From Oscillospiraceae bacterium (GTDB lineage: Bacteria > Bacillota > Clostridia > Oscillospirales > CAG-272): a stretch of 58,436 nt of DNA. Positions 45,225 to 55,545 of this stretch are shown one piece after another. The notes beneath the pieces were generated by a model. It had not been told where the DNA came from, ran no database searches, and saw nothing but the letters and a program-made list of their open reading frames with translations. Location: assembly GCA_015064965.1 (NCBI GenBank), contig SVRG01000004.1, positions 1 to 58,436 on the forward strand, written 5' to 3'. A program made the position numbers and the translations under genes. Within the stretch, counting starts at the first letter, position 1. Each line of letters starts with the position of its first letter.

Positions 45225-46230
45225 TCCAAAGGTTTCTGTTGTTGTTCCGGTTTACAATGTGGAAAAGTATCTTGAGCGGTGTGTTTTGTCAATTGTAAAT
45301 CAGACATATAAGAATATAGAGATAATTCTGGTGGATGACGGTTCCCCCGACTCATGCCCTGCAATGTGTGACAGCTTTGCGGCACACGATGAGCGCATAA
45401 TAGCCGTTCACAAGCAAAATGCGGGACTCGGAATGGCACGCAATACCGGAATGGAGCACGCAAGCGGCGACTATATCATGTTTGTTGACAGTGATGACTA
45501 TATTGATATAACCGCTGTGGAAAAATGCGTTGCTGAAATTTTGAAAACCGATGCGGATATAGTAATGTTTGGCAGAAACAATGTATCCGCAGACGGAAAT
45601 ATAATAAAGAAGGAAATCACCGCGGTCAAAACTGTTTTTGAAAAAGAAGAACTCGGTGATTTGCTGAGCGGACTCTTTACCTACAAGCTCGGCATCGGTA
45701 TAAGCGCTTGGGGCAAACTCTACAATATGGATGTTTTTCGCAAAGGCGGAATAGAATTCTTTTCCGAGCGTGAGGTGCTTGCCGAGGACGCAATGTTTAT
45801 GTTGCTGTTTTTTGCACATGCAAAAAAAGCAACAGTTCTTGCAGAGAATATGTACTATTATATTCAAAACGATGCATCGCTTTCGAGAGCATATAAAAAA
45901 GGATATCAATCCCGCGCGGATGTGTTTGTGCAGCGTGGCAGAGAGCTTTGCCGCACACTTGGACTTCCCAAGACGGTAGGAAATGGGCTTTGCGCAAGAT
46001 ATCTCATGTTCTCAATTTCAGGTATGAAGAAGATTTTGGGCTCCTCGCTTTCAAAAAAAGAAAAAAAAGCGGAGCTGAAAACGATTTTTAGCGATAGCAT
46101 ACTGCTTGACTCAATAAATAAAGATGTTTTAAATCTTTGCAACAGTGCTTCAAAGGTGTTTTGGCAATTGTTTAAGCTCAAGATGTATCATCTTTGCGTG
46201 CTGATGCTTTGGAGTAAAATTAAGAAATAG
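45217..46230 (+). CDS. GT2 glycosyltransferase
   Basis: VPVYNVEKYL, VDDGSPD, ARNTG, FVDSDD, ED. Confidence 0.93.
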   Translation: MNNPKVSVVVPVYNVEKYLERCVLSIVNQTYKNIEIILVDDGSPDSCPAMCDSFAAHDERIIAVHKQNAGLGMARNTGMEHASGDYIMFVDSDDYIDITAVEKCVAEILKTDADIVMFGRNNVSADGNIIKKEITAVKTVFEKEELGDLLSGLFTYKLGIGISAWGKLYNMDVFRKGGIEFFSEREVLAEDAMFMLLFFAHAKKATVLAENMYYYIQNDASLSRAYKKGYQSRADVFVQRGRELCRTLGLPKTVGNGLCARYLMFSISGMKKILGSSLSKKEKKAELKTIFSDSILLDSINKDVLNLCNSASKVFWQLFKLKMYHLCVLMLWSKIKK

Positions 46231-46244
46231 TTTTTGGAGAATTT

Positions 46245-47549
46245 ATGGTCACGAAACGAGAGGTAGGAAAACTTTATATCAAAAAACGGTCACTACCTGA
46301 GTGGATGACCTTGTATATATTTGTTTTTCCTTTTATAATTTCATTTTTGATAGGCATGTTAAAGTTACCGTCTTTGTTTAAATACACTGTCGATGCAGTG
46401 TGGCTTATTATGATGGTATTGATTTTTGCCAGGAGAAATATAGTTATCAAAAGAAAGCTTAAACCGATTGTGTCTTTCGCCGGCATATTTTTGCTTTATA
46501 CGTTGATAACATATATATTCCATTTCCAATCGCCGTTTTATTATTTATGGGGATTTAGAAACAACTTCAGATATTATGCCGCGTTTATAGCGTTTGTTAC
46601 TTTTTTAAACGAAGAAGACGGAAAGAGCTGTTTTAAGTTTATAGATATTCTTTTTTGGATAAATATATCGGTTTCACTATACCAGTTCTTTGTTATGGGG
46701 CTCGAGCAGGACTATCTCGGAGGCATTTTCGGAATTGAAAGAGGATGCAACAGCTATTCGATTTTGCTTTTTGCAATAGTGCTCAGTAAATCGTTGCTTT
46801 TATATATGGAAGGAAAAGAAGGCGCAGTTTCGTGCTTTGCAAAATGCGGTTGCGCGCTTGTTCTTGCCGCGATGGCAGAACTTAAATTATTCTTTTTGAT
46901 TTTCGTTTTCATTCTTGTGTTTTCTTCAATTCTCACAAGATTTTCCGTTAGAAAATTTGTAATGCTTTTTGTTTCTGCACTTCTTTTATTTGTTGCAAGT
47001 TCGGTTTTGACAAGTGTATTTGGAATGGCGCAAGAGCTTTCTTTTGACCGTATCGTACAGCTTGTAACCGCAACAAACTATGCTTCTGCCGAGGATCTTG
47101 GCCGCTTTACCGCGCTGCCTACAATATCTAAAACTATTCTCACAGATGTTAGTGACAAAATATTTGGCATGGGACTTGGCAATTGTGATACTTCTGCTTT
47201 TGCAATTTGCAACACTCCGTTTTTTGAGACACATCAAAAACTGCATTACACCTGGTTTTCAAGTGCATTTTTGTTTCTTGAAACAGGGTATATCGGGCTT
47301 ACTTTGAATTTAACGTTTTATGTCATCTGCTGTTTAATATCATTTAAACTGTTTAAAAACGGAAAGTCTGACCGACTGTTTTGCCAGCTTGGAATGATAG
47401 TGTCGTTACTGGCAATTATAATGGTGTTTTACAATTCATCGCTTCGTACAGAGGCTGGATACATGGTGTATTTTGTGCTTTCTCTTCCGCTTGTAGCATC
47501 GCGCGAATGGAGCGGAGCTGCAATTTCTGAAAAAACGATAAAAAATTAA
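46245..47549 (+). CDS. wzy: Putative Wzy polysaccharide polymerase
   Basis: About 11 TM segments, FGMGLG and LETGYIGL loop motifs, position in the cps locus. Confidence 0.7.
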   Translation: MVTKREVGKLYIKKRSLPEWMTLYIFVFPFIISFLIGMLKLPSLFKYTVDAVWLIMMVLIFARRNIVIKRKLKPIVSFAGIFLLYTLITYIFHFQSPFYYLWGFRNNFRYYAAFIAFVTFLNEEDGKSCFKFIDILFWINISVSLYQFFVMGLEQDYLGGIFGIERGCNSYSILLFAIVLSKSLLLYMEGKEGAVSCFAKCGCALVLAAMAELKLFFLIFVFILVFSSILTRFSVRKFVMLFVSALLLFVASSVLTSVFGMAQELSFDRIVQLVTATNYASAEDLGRFTALPTISKTILTDVSDKIFGMGLGNCDTSAFAICNTPFFETHQKLHYTWFSSAFLFLETGYIGLTLNLTFYVICCLISFKLFKNGKSDRLFCQLGMIVSLLAIIMVFYNSSLRTEAGYMVYFVLSLPLVASREWSGAAISEKTIKN

Positions 47550-47575
47550 ATAAAATTTTTTAGGAGGATAAAACT

Positions 47576-50500
47576 ATGAAAAAGTTTCTCTGCGCGGCAT
47601 TGGCGGTACTTATGGTATTGTCGGTACTTCCTATGTCGGTTTTCGCATCTGATTTTGATGCGGCGGTTACCGGGGATTACTTTAAAGTAATTTCAGAGGA
47701 AACTTACACCCTCGCACCCGGCGCAACCGAAACAGAACTGGTAGTCAACAATGCAGAAGGTAACGACCGTAAGGTTGTTCACTATTTTGAGGTTGACACC
47801 AAAAACGAAAACATTGAGGTTATGCCCGGTTATTACAGAATCGACAAGCTCGATCCCGACAACCTCAAGCTCGACGGCGTAGCCGATAAGACACAGTATT
47901 GGAAAGCCGAACAGCTCACCAAGACTGTAGCTTACTACGAGGGCATGGGCTACAATGTTGTAGGTGCTATGAATACCGCACTTGCATACGACTCCGATGC
48001 TCCTTACGGCTACATGGTATGGCAGGGCGTTGTTCTCGGCGGTCCCGAGGTACACAAGGGCGCACAGACCTACCTTGCAATTGACCGTGAAGGCAACTGC
48101 GAGCTTCGCTCGATGAGCACTCCTCTTAACGGAACTGAGTACACTGCAATTCCTGCAAACTTTGGCTGGCTTGTTAAAGACGGCGAACTTGTAAGCAAGA
48201 CTGTTGAGCGTACTTCTTCTGATGCATCCCGCTCGATGATTGGTATTAAGGCTGACGGCACACTTGTGTTCTGCCAGGTAGACGGACGTAACGCGCCCTT
48301 CTCCAGCGGTCTTTCCAACTACGAAATGGGCGAAATGATGCTTGCTATCGGCTGCGTTAATGCGGTTAACTGCGACGGCGGCGGATCTTCCACATTTGTA
48401 TCAAAGCGTGAGGGCGAAACAGTAAATACCATGCGTTCCGTTCCTTCCGACGGCTCTGAGCGTGCAACCATCAACAGCGTAGTTTTGGTTTCCAAGGCAA
48501 AGGCAACAGGTGAGTTTGACCACGCGGTTCTTGACAGCGAATATGACTATATTGCTCCCGGCGCAACCGTTACCGTTAGCGCAAAGGGTGTTGACGCTGC
48601 GGGCAGCCCTGCTGAAGTACCCGAAGAGGGCATCACCTGGGCGGTTGACGGCGAAGGCACTGTAAGCGGCGGCAAGTTTACTGCCGGTTCTGCTAAGGGT
48701 GATGTAACTGTTCAGATGCTTTACAACGGTGAGGTTGTTGGCACCAAGACACTTAAAGTTGTTGACCCCGATGTATTTGCACTGACACTTGACGAGACCG
48801 TACTTCCTTATGGCAAGGAAATGACTATTGACTTTGCTTGTACTTACGGCGCGGATAGCTGGGGTGTATGCGTTGACGGCGCATATTCACTTACTCTCTC
48901 CGACGAAAGTGCTGCAACTCTTAATGGCAACGTACTTAAGGCTTCCTCCGACGAGAGCGTTAAGGGCGTAAATGTTACTGCTACCTATCTTCCCAGTCCC
49001 GAAGTTACCGATGTTCTCAAGGTTGAATACGGCAAGGGCTCCGAAATCATCTATGACTTTGAAGACGGCGAGCTTTCCGGCTTTGTAGGTTTTGATGAAG
49101 CAAAGGCATACAGTGCTGAAAACGGCATTAGCAACACCCTCGTTGGTGACGATCCTCTTGCAGGTCAGTTCAGCGAGCAGGTTGACAGCTGGACAACTGT
49201 TGCAACCAAGGAAAACGGACAGGTAAGAAACGGAGAATATGCTCTTGCATGGCATGTTGATAACACCGACGCAGGCTTCTCCGGCTGGACTTACAATGTG
49301 ATTTTCAACATTGGTGAAACTATAGTTCTCCGCGATACAGCAAACGGACTGAATGCAACCACGCTCGGCATGTGGCTCTATATTCCTGAGGGCGCTACCG
49401 GACTTGCATTCCAGTCACAGCTTTATGCAAAGAATGATAATGGCACATACACCTGCAAGCAGGACCATTTTATGTTTGAAACCGTTTCAGGCGTAAGAAA
49501 GAATCTCAACTCCTGCACCGAGGCAGATATTCCCGAGTCCAGATGGGTATATGCAACAGTTGATATTTCAAAATACGATTATATTTGTACTCCGGTTGTA
49601 AGTGATAGCAGCAACTCACGTTCTCCCTCGTTTATCCGTACATATATCAAGCCCATGCTCCCCGCAATACACACCTTCTACATTGATGATATCACTCTCG
49701 ACTACAGCTCAGCTGTTGATGACAGAGTTCTTCCCAAAATCACCGATGTAAGCTATACCACCGCGGATGAGTCTGTGGCTCTTGCGAACGATGCAACGAT
49801 CAGCGGCAACAATGTAGCGTTCTCCGCAGTTGTTTCCGATAACATTAAGCTTGACGGTGAAAGCGGCAAGATTTATGTTGACGGTGTAGCACTTGACAGC
49901 GTAGCGGTTTCCGGCAAGTATCTTGCAAGCGAAAGCGTTACTCTTACAAGCGGCAAGCATACTGTTGTGTTTGAGATCAAAGATGCTCTCGGAAATCCTG
50001 CAAGAGTTATCAGAAACTTCACCATCACAGGCGATTCTGTAATTACTCTTGACGGTCACAACGACTCCGGCGCACTTGCAGAGTATGGCTCTGTATACTA
50101 TGCTGACGTTAAGGTTGCTGATATTACCGATATCAACAAGCTCACCGTAGCACTCAGACTTCAGAATGCCAACACCTGGGAACCTGAAGGTCTTACCGTT
50201 GCAGAAGGCTTTGATGCAACATACACTCTTGACTCTGTTGCAAATGTTCTCACTGTAACTGTAGAGAGAAATGACGATGACGTTGATGAAGATGCAACAA
50301 CCCTAATCAGCGCGCCTATCCGCCTTTGGGTTTGGGATGCAATTGACCACGTTACAGGTCTTGCTGTTACTCCCGAAGTACAGTATAAGACCGGCAACTG
50401 CCCTGTAGTTACCATTGACTGCAGAGTTACAAACGGTGAAGTTGAATTTGCAGGCGATGAGTACAAGAATACTCTTGGCGTATTTGGCGGCAGTTTTGTA

Positions 50501-52924
50501 GTTGATACAATGATCAACGACATTGTAAATCCTTGGCACTGCCACGATGAAGAACTCACCACACTCAATAAGGCGGCTACATGTGTATCCGGCGGCTACG
50601 AAAACAGAACATATTGTGAAACCTGTAAGTCCGTGATCGACTGGGGTACTGCTACCGATGCAGCAGGTCACAACTTTGTTGACGGCGTATGTACCGGATG
50701 CGGCAAGGAAAACACCGTTACCGGTCTTGTAGAGGAAAATGGCAACTGGTACTACTATGTAAGCGGCAAGCCTGTTACCGGCTGGCAGATGATCGGCACC
50801 GATTGGTACTACTTCGATGAAACCACTGCCATTGGCGCAGAGGGCGACACCGAGCTTGCATCTGTTACATTTAATTTTGAAAACGGCAGACTCACAAGCG
50901 GTGTTTGGGTTCCTACACTCTTCGGTACCAGATATTACTATGGCCCCGGTTATTACAATGACCGCGGTAGCTGGAGAGTTATCGACGGCAAAAACTATTA
51001 CTTCGAAAAGGGTGTTCGTCTTGAAGGCGGCTGGCAGCTTTTGTTTGAAAACCAGATCAACAGAAACTGGTATTACTTCAATGAAGACGGCACTTGCGAT
51101 AAGAGCGTAAAGCCTGAAGATGGCTTCTACACTGATAGAAACGGCTATGCTTACGCAAAGGATGGCCAGGGACTTCTCGGCGAGCAGGTGATTGATGGCA
51201 AGTACTATCACTTCGATCTCAAAGGCTATGCCGAGAATAACGGAACATATGTTGGACGTCTGTATAAAGACGAATACAGTGCATTTACCGGATTTATGGA
51301 AAAGGACGGCACGCTCCTTTATTACACAAACGGTAAGACTGCAGCTTACGGTCTCCATGAAATTGACGGTGACTACTACTTTATCAACTGGGGCGGCGTT
51401 GTAATGGCAGACGGCAAGTACTACGTTGGCTCCACAAACTGCGATCTTAACGCAGGCACATACACCTTTGGCGCAGACGGAAAGGCACTAAATGGCATCG
51501 TTGAAAAGGACGGTGTGCGTTACCTTTACAAGAACGGTCTCACCACCACTTACGGTCTTTACGAAATCAAGGGCGACTATTATTTCGCTGACTGGGGCGG
51601 TGTACTTAAGGCAGACGGCAGATACTATGTGGGCACTACCTTCTGCGACCTTCCTGCAGGCAACTATACATTTGGCGCTGACGGTACAATGCTTAACGGC
51701 ATTGAAGAGATTGACGGCACACTTTATCTCTATAAGAACGGTACAACCGAAACTTACGGTCTTTACAAGATCGATGGCGACTACTACTATGTATACTGGG
51801 GCGGCGTGATCCGTACCGATGATAAGTATTATGTAAGCACAAGCTTCTGCGACCTTCCCGCAGGCAACTACGAGTTTGGCGCAGACGGCAAAATGCTCAA
51901 CGGTATCGTTGATATCGGCGGCACCAAGTTCCTCTATTTCAACGGCGTTACCGCAACCAAGGGTCTTTACAAGATCGACGGCGAGTATTATTATTCGTTC
52001 TGGGGCGGCGAAATCCGTACAAACGGCAAGTACTTTGTAGATACCACCTTCTGCGATCTCCCTGCAAGCCATTATACCTTTGACGAAAACGGTAAGATGC
52101 TTGACGGCATCGTTGAAAGAGACGGCGAGCTCTATCTCTATCAGAACGGTATAACATCTACATGCGGATTGTTTGAAGTTGACGGCGCTTACTATTATGC
52201 ATACTGGGGCGGCTTGATCAAGACTGACGGCAGATACTTTGTAAGCACCACATACTGCGATCTCCCTGCAAGCAACTACACATTCGGCAAGGACGGTAAG
52301 ATGCTTGACGGTATCGTTGATATCGACGGCACACTCTATCTCTACGAAAACGGCACAACCGTGACCAAGGGTCTCTTTGAAATTGACGGCGAGTACTATT
52401 TTGCTGATTGGGGCGGCGTGCTCAAGACTGGCGGCAAGTACTTTGTTGATCGCACCTTCTGTGACATCGGAAACGGCAACTATGAATTTGATGAAAACGG
52501 CAAGATGCTCAACGGTATCGTAGAAAAAGACGGTGTACTTTATCTCTATATCAACGGTGTTACTGCAACCAACGGCCTTTACAAGATTGGCGATGACTAC
52601 TACTACTCCGATTGGGGCGGCGTACTCAAGACTGGCGGCAGATACTATGTAGGACGCACCTTCTGCGACCTTCGCCCAAGCAACTATACCTTTGATGAAA
52701 ACGGTAAGATGCTTAACGGCTTTGTAACCATTGATGGCGTGAAGTATTATTATGTAAACGGTAATACCCCAAGCCCCGGTATTATCAAGGTTGACGGCGA
52801 CTATTACTTCGTAAGTTGGAGCGGCGTAGTTATTGTTAACCAGCGTTTCTTCGCATGGGAGGGCAACGGCTACACCATTCCTATGAACTACTTGGCGGAC
52901 GAAAACGGCAAGATTATCGGCTAA
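47576..52924 (+). CDS. Secreted phosphodiester glycosidase (NAGPA-like) with a CBM-like middle region and cell-wall-binding repeats
   Basis: Signal peptide; SRSMIGI..VDGR..AVNCDGGGSS; Ig-like region; LGMWLYIP..FYIDDI CBM-like segment; aromatic CW-type repeats. Confidence 0.85.
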   Translation: MKKFLCAALAVLMVLSVLPMSVFASDFDAAVTGDYFKVISEETYTLAPGATETELVVNNAEGNDRKVVHYFEVDTKNENIEVMPGYYRIDKLDPDNLKLDGVADKTQYWKAEQLTKTVAYYEGMGYNVVGAMNTALAYDSDAPYGYMVWQGVVLGGPEVHKGAQTYLAIDREGNCELRSMSTPLNGTEYTAIPANFGWLVKDGELVSKTVERTSSDASRSMIGIKADGTLVFCQVDGRNAPFSSGLSNYEMGEMMLAIGCVNAVNCDGGGSSTFVSKREGETVNTMRSVPSDGSERATINSVVLVSKAKATGEFDHAVLDSEYDYIAPGATVTVSAKGVDAAGSPAEVPEEGITWAVDGEGTVSGGKFTAGSAKGDVTVQMLYNGEVVGTKTLKVVDPDVFALTLDETVLPYGKEMTIDFACTYGADSWGVCVDGAYSLTLSDESAATLNGNVLKASSDESVKGVNVTATYLPSPEVTDVLKVEYGKGSEIIYDFEDGELSGFVGFDEAKAYSAENGISNTLVGDDPLAGQFSEQVDSWTTVATKENGQVRNGEYALAWHVDNTDAGFSGWTYNVIFNIGETIVLRDTANGLNATTLGMWLYIPEGATGLAFQSQLYAKNDNGTYTCKQDHFMFETVSGVRKNLNSCTEADIPESRWVYATVDISKYDYICTPVVSDSSNSRSPSFIRTYIKPMLPAIHTFYIDDITLDYSSAVDDRVLPKITDVSYTTADESVALANDATISGNNVAFSAVVSDNIKLDGESGKIYVDGVALDSVAVSGKYLASESVTLTSGKHTVVFEIKDALGNPARVIRNFTITGDSVITLDGHNDSGALAEYGSVYYADVKVADITDINKLTVALRLQNANTWEPEGLTVAEGFDATYTLDSVANVLTVTVERNDDDVDEDATTLISAPIRLWVWDAIDHVTGLAVTPEVQYKTGNCPVVTIDCRVTNGEVEFAGDEYKNTLGVFGGSFVVDTMINDIVNPWHCHDEELTTLNKAATCVSGGYENRTYCETCKSVIDWGTATDAAGHNFVDGVCTGCGKENTVTGLVEENGNWYYYVSGKPVTGWQMIGTDWYYFDETTAIGAEGDTELASVTFNFENGRLTSGVWVPTLFGTRYYYGPGYYNDRGSWRVIDGKNYYFEKGVRLEGGWQLLFENQINRNWYYFNEDGTCDKSVKPEDGFYTDRNGYAYAKDGQGLLGEQVIDGKYYHFDLKGYAENNGTYVGRLYKDEYSAFTGFMEKDGTLLYYTNGKTAAYGLHEIDGDYYFINWGGVVMADGKYYVGSTNCDLNAGTYTFGADGKALNGIVEKDGVRYLYKNGLTTTYGLYEIKGDYYFADWGGVLKADGRYYVGTTFCDLPAGNYTFGADGTMLNGIEEIDGTLYLYKNGTTETYGLYKIDGDYYYVYWGGVIRTDDKYYVSTSFCDLPAGNYEFGADGKMLNGIVDIGGTKFLYFNGVTATKGLYKIDGEYYYSFWGGEIRTNGKYFVDTTFCDLPASHYTFDENGKMLDGIVERDGELYLYQNGITSTCGLFEVDGAYYYAYWGGLIKTDGRYFVSTTYCDLPASNYTFGKDGKMLDGIVDIDGTLYLYENGTTVTKGLFEIDGEYYFADWGGVLKTGGKYFVDRTFCDIGNGNYEFDENGKMLNGIVEKDGVLYLYINGVTATNGLYKIGDDYYYSDWGGVLKTGGRYYVGRTFCDLRPSNYTFDENGKMLNGFVTIDGVKYYYVNGNTPSPGIIKVDGDYYFVSWSGVVIVNQRFFAWEGNGYTIPMNYLADENGKIIG
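51290..52921 (+). repeat. Eight tandem 204-bp (68-aa) intragenic repeats
   Basis: Unit consensus GIVEIDG.LYLY.NG.T...GLY.IDGDYY...WGG...T.G.Y.V..TFCDLP..NYTF..DGKMLN; unit starts at 51290, 51494, 51698 and so on. Confidence 0.9.
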
Positions 52925-52939
52925 TAAACCACGCATTTA

Positions 52940-52967
52940 TGCCAACCCGACTTTTGTCGGGTTGGCA
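52940..52967 (+). terminator. Stem-loop after the NAGPA gene (terminator or processing hairpin)
   Basis: TGCCAACCCGAC-TTTT-GTCGGGTTGGCA; no strong U-tail on the + strand. Confidence 0.55.
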
Positions 52968-53000
52968 AAATGCTGTTTATTGTGATGAGGAGACGAGAGC

Positions 53001-54536
53001 GTGAAAGATACCAAAAAGATAAAATACAATCTAATAGTTGGTATTGTCGGGCAGGTTGTCATGCTCATACTTGGCATCGTTGTGCCAAAGCTTGTTTTGA
53101 CAAACTACGGCTCCGAAATCAACGGTCTTCTTTCGTCGGTAACCAACATTTATGCATATATCGCTCTTGTTGAGGCGGGAATTTCTGCGGCATCATGTCA
53201 GGCACTTTATAAAGCGTTTGCCGATAAGGACCGCGGACAGATTAACCGTGTGCTTTCAGCAACCAACAAGTATTATCACAAAACGGGATTTATTTATCTT
53301 GCTTTGGTAATTGCGTTTGCGACGCTGTACGGCGTGATTGTCAAATCAGGTATTCCGTATCATATTATATTTTTAGTTGTAATATTCAATGGCATTGGAA
53401 ATGTAATCAATTACTTTTTCCACGGAAAATATCTTATTCTTCTTAAAGCGGACGGAAAAAACTATGTCCGCACCGGCGTAGATGTTTTCACCACATCGCT
53501 CAAGCAGATTTCCAAGATAGTTTTAATATCTCTTGGATATGATGTTGTTTTTGTACAGTTTGCCGCGATGCTTGTAAGCCTGGCACAGATGATTTACATT
53601 GTCTGCTATATAAATAAAAAGTATTCGTGGATAGATTTAAAGGCAGAGCCGGATTATAAATCAATTTCTCAAAGTAAAAATGTTATCGTTCACCAGATAA
53701 ACTATCTGGTGGTATCCAATACTGATACGGTATTGCTGACTGCTTTTTCCACACTCAAGGTGGTAAGCGTTTATTCAATGTATGCGCTGCTTTTCAACAT
53801 GGTGGACAAGGTTTTACATGTTGTCAGGGATGCGCTTGAATTTAAAATTGCAAATTACTTTCATTCAAACAAAGAGCGTTTTTTAAAGTTCTTTCGGGCG
53901 TATGAAGTTTATTATATCGCATTTTCTTTTGCTATGTACTCAATAGTGGACATGTTCGTATTGCCGTTTTTGTCCTTATATACCGCAGATGTAACAGATA
54001 TCAATTATGTCATAGCATATTTGCCGCTTTTCTTTGCGCTTGTAAAACTGTTTAATGCCGCAAGATATCCATATGATGCCATGGTGTACATAGCGGGGCA
54101 TTTTAAGGAAACGCAAAACTATGCCATAGCCGAGTCGGTGATAAATATTGTGATTTCGCTTGTGCTTGTGAGCCGTTTTGGCATAGCGGGCGTACTTGCA
54201 GGAACGATAATTGCATCGTTTATCCACGCAAATTGTCTTGTGCTTTATGTGTACAAGAAAAAAATAGTTGACAGCAATGTGCTAAGTTCGTATAAGAGCC
54301 TTTTTATTAATTTTGCGTTGTTTGTCTCCATTGACATATTGGGAGGGTTTATAAAACTTTCGCCCGCTTCGTATTTCGAGATCGTGCTTTTGTGCATTCC
54401 CTATGCGATTGTGATTGTTTTGTTATACCTCGTCATAAATTCGCTGTTTGAGCCGGCATCGTTCAGACTTGTGTGCGATACGGTTAGATCTGCCGTGAAA
54501 AAGCGCATGGTGAGAGGCAAAAATGAGGAGAGCTAA
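53001..54536 (+). CDS. wzx: Wzx flippase (MOP superfamily)
   Basis: 12-14 TM segments; YGSEINGL, EAGI, HQI..V..NTD; cps context. Confidence 0.85.
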   Translation: MKDTKKIKYNLIVGIVGQVVMLILGIVVPKLVLTNYGSEINGLLSSVTNIYAYIALVEAGISAASCQALYKAFADKDRGQINRVLSATNKYYHKTGFIYLALVIAFATLYGVIVKSGIPYHIIFLVVIFNGIGNVINYFFHGKYLILLKADGKNYVRTGVDVFTTSLKQISKIVLISLGYDVVFVQFAAMLVSLAQMIYIVCYINKKYSWIDLKAEPDYKSISQSKNVIVHQINYLVVSNTDTVLLTAFSTLKVVSVYSMYALLFNMVDKVLHVVRDALEFKIANYFHSNKERFLKFFRAYEVYYIAFSFAMYSIVDMFVLPFLSLYTADVTDINYVIAYLPLFFALVKLFNAARYPYDAMVYIAGHFKETQNYAIAESVINIVISLVLVSRFGIAGVLAGTIIASFIHANCLVLYVYKKKIVDSNVLSSYKSLFINFALFVSIDILGGFIKLSPASYFEIVLLCIPYAIVIVLLYLVINSLFEPASFRLVCDTVRSAVKKRMVRGKNEES

Positions 54537-55522
54537 TGGATAAAATCAGTGTTATTGTTCCTGTGTACAATGTAGAGCAATATCTTGATGAGTGCGTTTT
54601 GAGCATTGCAAATCAAACTCACAAAAACATAGAGATCATCCTGGTTGATGATGGAAGCACGGATAATTCGCCGCGTATTTGCGATGAATGGGCAAAGCGT
54701 GACTCTCGCGTGGTTGTTTTGCATAAGGAAAACGGCGGTGCCGCCGCGGCGCGCAACGCAGGGCTTGATATTGCCACCGGAGATTATATAGGTTTTGCAG
54801 ACAGTGACGATGTTCTTTGCACTGATATGTATGAAATTCTTTTGTCATCGCTGAAAAAAGGGAACAAAAAGCTTGCGTGCTGTCTGACAAACTTTATTTT
54901 TGAGGACGGCAGTATTGCATCGGATGCAAGAAAAGAGGATAGTGACCTTGTACTTGATGTGAGAGAAGCGCTTGACGAAAGCTTTTACAAAAGAGCAGGG
55001 AATGCTGTGTGGTGCAAGCTGCATGAAAAAACACTTTTTGACAATATGCGGTTTATCGAGGGCGGTATCAGCGAGGATTTTCCTGTTATCATCCCAAGCA
55101 TTGTGGCGGCAGACGGCATGGTGCTTGTGCGCCGTCCGCTTTACTATTACAGAAAAAGAAGCGGCAGTATCACAAGTCGCGCTTCTTTAGCAACGGTTTC
55201 TCTTGCCAGCGCAAAAGCCGTATTGAGCAATCTGAGTGTTATGGAAAAACAGGTGGTTGAAAACAAACTTTCCTGCCGGAAAAGCTTTAATTTTTTCAGG
55301 GCTCGTGTAGCTTTCAGCATGGCACTTACTATGGAAAAAGCAATTGACCGAATTGATGAAGAAGTAAAAACGGAGCTTAAAAGATATAAAAAACTTATGG
55401 GCAGGCATTGGGCAAATTTTTTGTTTTCCAAGCACGCTTCAACAAAGGACAAGGTGTTGTATTTGCTGGTTTTAAGCAAAACTTTGCGTTTGGTATACAG
55501 AGTAACTAAAAAAGACCTGTAA
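54536..55522 (+). CDS. GT2 glycosyltransferase
   Basis: VPVYNVEQYL, VDDGSTD, ARNAG, FADSDD, SED, YYYRKR. Confidence 0.93.
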   Translation: MDKISVIVPVYNVEQYLDECVLSIANQTHKNIEIILVDDGSTDNSPRICDEWAKRDSRVVVLHKENGGAAAARNAGLDIATGDYIGFADSDDVLCTDMYEILLSSLKKGNKKLACCLTNFIFEDGSIASDARKEDSDLVLDVREALDESFYKRAGNAVWCKLHEKTLFDNMRFIEGGISEDFPVIIPSIVAADGMVLVRRPLYYYRKRSGSITSRASLATVSLASAKAVLSNLSVMEKQVVENKLSCRKSFNFFRARVAFSMALTMEKAIDRIDEEVKTELKRYKKLMGRHWANFLFSKHASTKDKVLYLLVLSKTLRLVYRVTKKDL

Positions 55523-55545
55523 GCCATTAACGGGAGGGAATATTT

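Noticed and set aside
51290-52921. CRISPR array or non-coding tandem array
   Set aside because: The units are in-frame 204-bp protein repeats with no unique spacers, and no cas genes are present.
51488-52936. 482-aa minus-strand ORF
   Set aside because: Antisense shadow of the tandem repeats in the NAGPA gene; no independent motifs.
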